Below are positions 56,858-64,000 of a stretch of 64,000 nt of DNA, piece by piece; the first letter of the stretch is position 1, and each line of letters opens with the position of its first letter. The notes below the pieces were generated by a model. It was not told the DNA's origin, ran no database searches, and saw only the letters and a list, made by a program, of their open reading frames with translations. Origin of the DNA: Parcubacteria group bacterium GW2011_GWC1_36_108. Its GTDB lineage: Bacteria; Patescibacteriota; Minisyncoccia; Moranbacterales; GWC2-37-73. Position numbers and translations under genes: made by a program. The DNA is taken from assembly GCA_000991245.1 (NCBI GenBank), contig LBRD01000008.1:1686-65685 (forward strand), given 5' to 3'.

Positions 56858-59068
56858 ATGGATTTTTTGAAGATGAAATTGGAAAAACTGCCGCGCATAG
56901 GGATGAAATATGGCGCAATTTTAAAAAAACTCAACATTGAAACGGTGGAGGATTTTTTGTTGCACTTCCCTTTTCGCTATGAAGATTATTCTGAGCGAAT
57001 CTTAATTGAAAATCTTGCCGCTGGCGAAACGGCGACTGTGATGGGAGAAGTTGTCCAAAGTAAATTGGTGCGCACTTGGAAAAAGAAGATGATGATCACG
57101 GAGTGCTTCGTGAGCGACGAAACTGGCACAGTGAGGGCTGTGTGGTTCAATCAACCCTATGTCAGTGATTCACTCACTGCTGGTAAGGGTGTTAGACTTG
57201 CTGGAAAAGTTTCGCAAGATACAAAAGGAATGTTTTTTTCCAATCCAGCTTGGGAACTTTCTTCTCGCACCCCAACCAATACAGGAAGGCTTGTCCCAAT
57301 ATATCCAGAAACTGAAGGGCTTACTTCAAAATGGATTCGTTGGCAAATGCAAAACATGATTAAATATGCTGATGCGCTTATTGATCCAATTCCGGAAAAT
57401 ATTTTAAAAGGTTTACATTTACCAATCCTAAGTGAAGCTGTAAAATCTTTGCACTTTCCAAAAACTCTCAAGGAATTTGAACTTGCGCAAAAACGTTTCG
57501 CTTTTCAACAAATGTTTTTGGTGCAACTTGCAACTCAGCGTGTCAAAATTTCATGGGACAAACAAAATGCTGTTTCAATTGCTTTTAATGAAACGTTAAC
57601 CAAATATTTCGTCGAGTCACTTCCCTTCACTCTCACTGACGCTCAACGCAAAGCCGCCTTTCAAATTTTGAAAGATTTGGAAAAGCCTTTGCCAATGAAT
57701 CGCTTGCTCAATGGCGACGTGGGCAGCGGAAAAACAATCGTGGCCGCTATGGCTTGTTTAAGTGCCATTAATGCTGGTTTTCAAGTTTCAATAATGGCTC
57801 CAACTGAAGTGCTCGCCAAACAACACTATCTAACACTTTGTGGACTATTTAAAAATAGTGAAATAAAAATAGCATTGTTTACCAATTCATATCGTGAGAT
57901 AAATAATTTCCAATTTCCAATTTCCAATTTCCAAATAAATCCAAATGTTGAAAATCCAAAATTAAAAAATACAAAAAAAATACGAGATTCACGGGATGAT
58001 TTTTTAGAAAAATTAAAATCTGGGGAAATTAATTTAGTTATTGGGACTCATGCACTGATTCAAAAAGATATTCATCCTGTTAAATCCCCGACTAATGGTC
58101 GGGGTGCGAAGCAATTTAACAGGGTAAAATTTAAAAATTTAGCTTTAATTATTATCGATGAACAACATCGTTTCGGTGTGGCTCAACGTGCTTTTTTGCA
58201 ACAGCAGATTGCTGATATTAACGACGGCTTGCCTGGTAAGATTCCGCATTTGCTCACGATGACAGCAACTCCGATTCCCCGCACACTGACTTTGGCTTTT
58301 TTTGGAAATCTGGATATTTCAGTGTTGGATGAAATGCCAAAAAATAGAAAACCCATTGTCACTGAGATTATTTTGCCAAGCAAGAGAAAAGATATCTATG
58401 ATTTTGTGCGCAGCGAAATTTCCAAAGGTCATCAAGCTTTTATCATTTTTCCACTTGTTGAAGAATCGGAAAAACTAACTGAACTAAAAGCTGCAACCCA
58501 GGAACACGAAAGATTGTCTCGGGAAATTTTTCCAGATTTAAAATTAGGACTCCTGCACGGAAAATTAAAGGCTAGTGAAAAAGAGCAAGTGATGGCTGAT
58601 TTTAAAGATAAGAAATATAACATTTTAGTCGCCACCAGCGTGGTGGAAGTTGGTATTGATATTCCAAATGCTACTGTGATTGTGATTGAAGATGCAGAAA
58701 GATTTGGTCTTTCGCAACTTCATCAATTTCGCGGACGAGTCGGCAGATCAGACAAACAATCATATTGTTTTCTTTTTACTGGCAGCAAAACCGTCAAAGC
58801 CAAATCGCGCCTAGGTGCAATGGAAAAAACATCCAGCGGTTTTGCGATTGCCGAAGAAGATTTGAAACTGCGTGGTCCCGGAGAATTTCTTGGCACGCGT
58901 CAATCCGGTCTTCCCGACATCGCCATGGAGCATTTGTCCAACGTAAAGCTCATTGAAATCGCCCATGATTATGCCGAGCAAACACTGCAAAACAGTCCCG
59001 ATTTGGCAGACTATCCCCTTTTGCAAAAAGAGCTTGGAAAATTCCAAAGTAATGTACACCTTGAATAA
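56858..59068 (+). CDS. recG: ATP-dependent DNA helicase RecG, with two repeat-derived insertions
   Basis: FPFRYED, GDVGSGKT, MAPTEVLA, DEQHRFG, MTATPIPRTL, QLHQFRGRVGR, DLKLRGPGE; ATG 56858 preferred (ORF track 56678). Confidence 0.97.
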   Translation: MDFLKMKLEKLPRIGMKYGAILKKLNIETVEDFLLHFPFRYEDYSERILIENLAAGETATVMGEVVQSKLVRTWKKKMMITECFVSDETGTVRAVWFNQPYVSDSLTAGKGVRLAGKVSQDTKGMFFSNPAWELSSRTPTNTGRLVPIYPETEGLTSKWIRWQMQNMIKYADALIDPIPENILKGLHLPILSEAVKSLHFPKTLKEFELAQKRFAFQQMFLVQLATQRVKISWDKQNAVSIAFNETLTKYFVESLPFTLTDAQRKAAFQILKDLEKPLPMNRLLNGDVGSGKTIVAAMACLSAINAGFQVSIMAPTEVLAKQHYLTLCGLFKNSEIKIALFTNSYREINNFQFPISNFQINPNVENPKLKNTKKIRDSRDDFLEKLKSGEINLVIGTHALIQKDIHPVKSPTNGRGAKQFNRVKFKNLALIIIDEQHRFGVAQRAFLQQQIADINDGLPGKIPHLLTMTATPIPRTLTLAFFGNLDISVLDEMPKNRKPIVTEIILPSKRKDIYDFVRSEISKGHQAFIIFPLVEESEKLTELKAATQEHERLSREIFPDLKLGLLHGKLKASEKEQVMADFKDKKYNILVATSVVEVGIDIPNATVIVIEDAERFGLSQLHQFRGRVGRSDKQSYCFLFTGSKTVKAKSRLGAMEKTSSGFAIAEEDLKLRGPGEFLGTRQSGLPDIAMEHLSNVKLIEIAHDYAEQTLQNSPDLADYPLLQKELGKFQSNVHLE

Positions 59069-59156
59069 CTGTGCATAATTTATAAATTGATAGTTTAAAT
59101 AAAAAAAGCTATAATATAAAGACTTATTTTTAAAATAAATAGTAATTTTAAAGGCT

Positions 59157-59255
59157 AAATTTTAAATTTTAAATCAAATCTAAATGTCTAAATTTTAAAA
59201 CATTTAAATTATTTGAAATTCATTTAAAATTTAAAACTTAAAATTTAAAATTATT
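59157..59255 (+). mobile_element. Gene-less twin of the 12505-12965 4HB cassette (MITE-like)
   Basis: 59160-59185 is the reverse complement of 12924-12949; 59224-59252 is the same 29-mer as the cassette IR. Confidence 0.6.
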
Positions 59256-59309
59256 GACAGCAAAAATCGCTGTAGCAATATTTTCTAATAAATTAAATTT
59301 ACAAACAAA

Positions 59310-60647
59310 ATGAACAAATCAATTTTCAAGGCTTATGACATTCGAGGACTTTATCCTCAAGATTTAAACGGACAAGATGCGTATCAGATTGGACGTGCAA
59401 TTGTGCAGCATACTAATGCAAAAACCATTGTGATCGGAGCTGATATGCGTACTTCATCGCCAGAAATCCAAGCGGGCCTTATGCGAGGCATTACCGAACA
59501 AGGAGCTAATGTTATCAACATCGGACTCGTGAGCACACCAATGTTATATTTTGCTTCTTGGAAATTAAATGTTGACGGTGGTGTTATGATCACAGCATCG
59601 CACAACACTGCTGAGTGGAATGGTCTTAAACTTTGCAAAAAAAATGCAGTGCCAATTGGAGAAGGAGATGGAATGGAAGAAATTCGTGATCTCGCACTTG
59701 GTGGAAAATTTACGCAAAGTGAAATTATTGGAACAATCGAAAATAACGAAACATTAAAAAAAGAATATTCTAAATACATTTCCAGCTTTTTCAAAAGTGG
59801 ATTTAACAGAAAAAAAATTGTCATCGATTTTGCTAATTCTGTTGGTGCGTTAGACAAAGACATTTTTGAAAAATTTCCTGATGATGTTGAGCCTGTTTAT
59901 CTTTTTGAAGAACTGGATGGAACATTTCCAAATCACGAAGCAAATCCACTAAAACTTGAAACATTAGAGGCTTTGCAAGAAAAGGTGTTGGCAGAAAAAG
60001 CCGATTTAGGAATTTCTTATGATGGCGACGCTGATCGCGTTGGCTTTGTTGATGAAAAAGGAGAGATAGTTCCAATGGATTATATGATAGCATTGCTCGC
60101 TGAAGAAACTCTAAAAAAATATCCTGGCGGTACGATTTTAATGGATTTGCGTTCATCTAATGCAGTCAGAGAGGTTATCGAGGAAGCTGGAGGAAAAGTG
60201 CATCGTTGTCGTGTGGGGCATTCACTGATCAAAGGACAAATGCGCAGAGATGATGCAATTTTTGCTGGAGAACTTTCTGGTCATTATTTCTTTGAAGAAA
60301 ATTCCAAAGCCGAAATGACAACACTAGCTGTTATCACATTATTAAATCTGTTGAATGAAACAGGCAAAACAATGTCGGAGCTGACTGAAAACCTTAAGCG
60401 CTATTTCCATAGTGGAGAAATAAATTCAGATGTTGAAGATAAGGTTGGAATGATGAATAAGCTTAAAGAAATTTATAAAGAAGGAACACTTGATGAACTA
60501 GATGGCGTGCGTATTGATTTTGCTGATTGGTGGTTTAATGTTCGCGCCTCAAACACTGAACCGAAACTTCGTCTCAACCTTGAGGCAAAAACCAAGGAAT
60601 TAATGGAGCAAAAACGCGAAGAACTGCTAAACATTATCCGAGGATAA
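59310..60647 (+). CDS. Phosphomannomutase/phosphoglucomutase
   Basis: FKAYDIRG, TASHN, DGDADR, GELSGH, RASNTEP. Confidence 0.95.
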   Translation: MNKSIFKAYDIRGLYPQDLNGQDAYQIGRAIVQHTNAKTIVIGADMRTSSPEIQAGLMRGITEQGANVINIGLVSTPMLYFASWKLNVDGGVMITASHNTAEWNGLKLCKKNAVPIGEGDGMEEIRDLALGGKFTQSEIIGTIENNETLKKEYSKYISSFFKSGFNRKKIVIDFANSVGALDKDIFEKFPDDVEPVYLFEELDGTFPNHEANPLKLETLEALQEKVLAEKADLGISYDGDADRVGFVDEKGEIVPMDYMIALLAEETLKKYPGGTILMDLRSSNAVREVIEEAGGKVHRCRVGHSLIKGQMRRDDAIFAGELSGHYFFEENSKAEMTTLAVITLLNLLNETGKTMSELTENLKRYFHSGEINSDVEDKVGMMNKLKEIYKEGTLDELDGVRIDFADWWFNVRASNTEPKLRLNLEAKTKELMEQKREELLNIIRG

Positions 60648-60697
60648 AAAATTATACACATTCCTGCAGGTGCATGAATGTGTATAATTTCAAAAAC

Positions 60698-60725
60698 AAA
60701 AATCGGAGTTCTTCTCCGATTTTTT
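60698..60725. terminator. Bidirectional terminator between convergent PMM/PGM and trpS
   Basis: AAAAATCGGAG-TTCTT-CTCCGATTTTT. Confidence 0.75.
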
Positions 60726-60744
60726 ATATCCTAAGTCCTACTTC

Positions 60745-61764
60745 CTAAACAATAAATCCAACTTTCCCTTTCACTTCATCAAGCTTTGCCTTAGCAATTG
60801 GACGGACTTTGGCGGCTCCGTCGGCAAGAATTTTCAAAACTTCTTCTTCTGAAAGTGCATTGAATTTTTCTTGGAATGGTTTTAGAAATCCAATGATAAC
60901 TTCAGCCAATTCAGTTTTGAAATCACCGTATCCCCTGCCTACATATAATTTTTCAATTTCCTTGGGAGATTTTTCTGAAAATGCAGCGTAAATATTGATC
61001 AGATTTTTGAGTGCTGGTTTATCATCAGAATAAATAATCTCACTGCCAGAGTCAGTTACGGCCTTTTTAATCTTGCGTCTGATTGTTTCTTCATCATCCA
61101 AAAGTTCGATGCGGTTATACACAGATTCGGCTGATTTACTCATCTTTTTCTCTGGATTATCCAATCCCATCACCCTCCCGCCTACGCCAAAGCTTCGGCC
61201 GGCAAGCATTCCCTCTTCTTTTATAAATGCTTTTGGAATAATAAAAGTTTCGCCAAATTTTTGATTAAATCTTTTGGCCAAATCGCGCGCCAACTCCACA
61301 TGCTGTTTTTGATCTTCCCCAACTGGCACAACCTCAGTTCCATATAGCAAAATATCAGCCGCCATTAAAACAGGATAATCAAAAAGCCCAACAGCAGCGC
61401 CTTCGCTTCCTCCTTTTTGAGTCTTATCTTTAAATTGTGTCATTTTTTCCAATTCTGGCATTTTTGCAATCGTGTTTAAAATCCACATCAGTTCTGCGTG
61501 CTCGGAAACTTGTGACTGAATGAAAATGGAAGATTTTTTTGGATCGATTCCGGCAGCTAAATATATTTTGGCAATTTCAATGGTTTTTTTTCTGAGCGTT
61601 TCTGGATCTTGTGGCACCGTGATGGCATGCATATCAACCACACAAAAAATAGATTCGAACTCGTCTTGAAGTTTGACCCAATTAGCAATGGCTCCCAAAT
61701 AATTTCCAATATGCAAGTTTCCACTCGGCTGAACACCTGAAAAGATTCGCTTACGCAAGTTCAT
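60745..61764 (-). CDS. trpS: Tryptophan--tRNA ligase
   Basis: SGVQPSGNLHIGNY, YPVLMAADIL, VPVGEDQKQH, KMSKS. Confidence 0.97.
   Translation of the reverse strand: MNLRKRIFSGVQPSGNLHIGNYLGAIANWVKLQDEFESIFCVVDMHAITVPQDPETLRKKTIEIAKIYLAAGIDPKKSSIFIQSQVSEHAELMWILNTIAKMPELEKMTQFKDKTQKGGSEGAAVGLFDYPVLMAADILLYGTEVVPVGEDQKQHVELARDLAKRFNQKFGETFIIPKAFIKEEGMLAGRSFGVGGRVMGLDNPEKKMSKSAESVYNRIELLDDEETIRRKIKKAVTDSGSEIIYSDDKPALKNLINIYAAFSEKSPKEIEKLYVGRGYGDFKTELAEVIIGFLKPFQEKFNALSEEEVLKILADGAAKVRPIAKAKLDEVKGKVGFIV
61177..61206. repeat. CCCGCC...GGC REP in-frame in trpS
   Basis: CCCGCCTACGCCAAAGCTTCGGCCGGCAAG (30 bp); shorter relative CCCGCCTAGCCGGCAGG at 41501-41517. Confidence 0.7.
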
Positions 61765-61839
61765 ATGGTTATAGAGTTCATAAAGTTATAAAGTAATGAT
61801 ACCTAAAATAGGCATTTTTTGCAAACAAAAGCCCAGATT

Positions 61840-61924
61840 CAACTCTCAACAATCAACTTACAACCAACAACATTTTGGGCATTTCTGTGTTTGTTGTCTG
61901 TTGATAGTTGTAGGTTGTGAGTTA
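61840..61924. repeat. 7-bp-period (ACAACxx) inverted-arm element
   Basis: CAACTCTCAACAATCAACTTACAACCAACAAC ... GTTGTCTGTTGATAGTTGTAGGTTGTGAGTT; same family as 33188 and 55757. Confidence 0.75.
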
Positions 61925-61927
61925 TCT

Positions 61928-64000
61928 TTAGAATTTTGCCCATCCAAAGATTTCGGTGAAGTTTCCGACGATGATTTGGATGATGTTTTCTCTTCTTTTT
62001 GGAGTAAGAAGTGCAAAATCATTGGAGATTGCCTCGTTGCCAGAGGCATCAATTGATTTTACTTTAAAGTTGTATACTGTTCCGGGTTTAAAGACTGTGA
62101 TCACTCCAATGTGATTGTTGGTTAAATTGTCAGTGATTTTAATTTCTTTTTCTTCTCCATTTCTACCTTCTTTGTAAAGAATGCTAGTGGTTGCTTGCTC
62201 ATCTGTTTTCCAAGAAATGATAGCTTGGACTTTATCTGATTGAGTAAGGGCGCTATCAGTTTTGATGTTATCGATTTTCGGTGCAGATTGATCTTGACCA
62301 GTAGTAAGATCTGGAGCCTTGAGAGTTGATTCTGTGCCTTGTTCGTCTCTTACTGTGATTGTTATGGCAAATGTCGAACCTTGATCAAGATTAATCAATT
62401 CAATTCTGTGATCGGTGCTGAGTTCTCTTGCTCCTTGCGAACCAGTTTTCTGTCCATCTTTAATATTAGCATACGACACATTGGAATCAGTAGGAACATT
62501 AGTTTTAAAGACAATTATTGCACCATGTTCAGTTACACTGTTAATAGCAACATCGGTAATTTTGGCTGGAGATTTTGGTTCAAAAGTATTATCAGATGAT
62601 GCAAAGAATCTTCCATCCTTATCCTTGCCCTTAACTCTGTAATGATAAACTGCTCCTTGATTAAGATTGGAAAGATTGATGGAATGTTCAGTAGCATAAG
62701 CGCTGTTTTCTTTTTTGTCTCCATAGCTAGTAGAAAGTCCGTATTCTACCGTTGAAGTAGTTTCTTGATCAGTTTCCCAAGAAACAGTAGCTGTGCCGAG
62801 ATTTTTTGATTCTACTTTGATTGAGGAGATTGAAGATGGCGAAGCGGTAGTAAAAGAAGATTCAGATGATTGACCAATGTTACCGGCAGCGTCAGTAGAA
62901 GAAGCAACGTAGAGATATTTAGTTCCTGGTACAAGCCCCGTAAGAACAACGGAGTGGGATGCCACGTAATTATCAACGTCACTATTTACTGTGCTATCAA
63001 TTGCACCGCTTTCTGAGATATCAGCAACTCCATATCTAACCGTGCTATTACCCTTCTCATCACTGTCCCAAGTGATGGTTACACCTTCCCCAATAATATT
63101 AGAAACTTTCACATTGCTAATTGTTGGCGGCAAATTATCTCCGCCAGTGATACTTCCCTGCGCAATCATTTTATCCAGAGTTGTAAAATCTTTTTCATCA
63201 CTTGAAACAGCAACTGCGTCCGGCAGATTATCTTTGCAAGTTACTTTGTAGTAATGCTTGGTGGAAAAAAGCATACCTGTTAGAGCGATAGAGTGAGCCT
63301 TGTTGTAGGTATCAACTTTTTCTTGCACCGGCACATAGGCATAGCTACCGGGAGCCGTACCGTATTCAATAAAACAGTTGGCAACCTGGTCGGTTTCAAA
63401 TGAAATTACTGCCGCTGTATCAGTAAGCATCGAAGGATTAACATCTTCAAAGGTTATCGTTTCCAAAGCTGGATGATCAAGACTAGCATCTAGTGGCATA
63501 TCAAAAGAATATTCTGCAGAAGTGGTGTCATTGCCGTAGATGTCACTGGAAATTACCTTGTAATAATATTTAGAATTAACATTGTCTAAATCTGAAATGA
63601 TATACGTGTGACCTTTTTGCAACGTCGTTTCTTCAGCCAATGTTATGTACGGTCCTCCGACAGATATGGAATATTTAACTTGAGATGTTGCATCTTCATT
63701 CGTTACCCAAGTGATTGCAGCTTGGTTGATTGTGACCATCGGATGCAAAACACTTGTAATTATCGGTCCTGCTGTATCAGTATCAGTAGTAAAATTGTAT
63801 AGCAGTCCAGCGTTATCAGCTATTGTCTCTCCACCATCATCATCCACTGCTTTGATTGAAAAATAGTATTGAATGCCTCTTGTTAAATTAGTAATGATTT
63901 TTGAATGTGTGGTTTCTTTTTTCTGATCTTCAAAAACAATTGGTTCGGTTAAGACGGCTCCGATATGATTTTCGGAATAAGAAATACTGGAAGGCACAGA
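61928..64000 (-). CDS. Large FN3 / purple-acid-phosphatase-N-like repeat surface protein (5' end outside window)
   Basis: Tandem A.I.W.T....S.V.YG...H.V.L..L..GT.Y.Y domains; frame is open to the window edge. Confidence 0.85.
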   Translation of the reverse strand, partial: SVPSSISYSENHIGAVLTEPIVFEDQKKETTHSKIITNLTRGIQYYFSIKAVDDDGGETIADNAGLLYNFTTDTDTAGPIITSVLHPMVTINQAAITWVTNEDATSQVKYSISVGGPYITLAEETTLQKGHTYIISDLDNVNSKYYYKVISSDIYGNDTTSAEYSFDMPLDASLDHPALETITFEDVNPSMLTDTAAVISFETDQVANCFIEYGTAPGSYAYVPVQEKVDTYNKAHSIALTGMLFSTKHYYKVTCKDNLPDAVAVSSDEKDFTTLDKMIAQGSITGGDNLPPTISNVKVSNIIGEGVTITWDSDEKGNSTVRYGVADISESGAIDSTVNSDVDNYVASHSVVLTGLVPGTKYLYVASSTDAAGNIGQSSESSFTTASPSSISSIKVESKNLGTATVSWETDQETTSTVEYGLSTSYGDKKENSAYATEHSINLSNLNQGAVYHYRVKGKDKDGRFFASSDNTFEPKSPAKITDVAINSVTEHGAIIVFKTNVPTDSNVSYANIKDGQKTGSQGARELSTDHRIELINLDQGSTFAITITVRDEQGTESTLKAPDLTTGQDQSAPKIDNIKTDSALTQSDKVQAIISWKTDEQATTSILYKEGRNGEEKEIKITDNLTNNHIGVITVFKPGTVYNFKVKSIDASGNEAISNDFALLTPKRRENIIQIIVGNFTEIFGWAKF

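Overview
AT-rich bacterial chromosome segment using genetic code 11 (TGA is a stop). Gene content and style point to a Patescibacteria/CPR (Parcubacteria-like) genome; this is an inference. Bases 1-30 kb hold a cell-surface island on the minus strand: an O-antigen-ligase/TPR membrane protein, a REP-associated tyrosine transposase, two giant modular beta-helix/LamG proteins (one broken by a frameshift), a 2.6-kaa tail-fibre-like protein with a C-terminal autoproteolytic chaperone domain, and three interleaved four-helix-bundle (4HB, IVS/Avd-like) genes. Bases 30-64 kb hold gyrB, six tRNAs, gatA/gatC, ligA, a type IV pilus/competence locus, an MFS transporter, a TraR/DksA protein, recG, a PMM/PGM enzyme, trpS and a partial FN3-repeat gene. 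The most striking unexplained structure is a pervasive set of small repeat elements. (i) Each 4HB gene is bracketed by its own 7- or 9-bp-period repeat arms: one pair is a perfect 29-bp inverted repeat, and two genes carry the flank motif inside the ORF. (ii) Gene-less copies of such arms sit between stop and start codons, including an empty twin of one 4HB cassette 46 kb away. (iii) These repeats and several REP families are inserted in-frame in ligA, recG, trpS, a pilin and the giant proteins. Two unrelated tRNA genes are also followed by elements of the same architecture (hairpin, antisense T-arm, two hairpins, duplicated tRNA 3' end). Family assignments come from motif recognition by eye; no database search was run.
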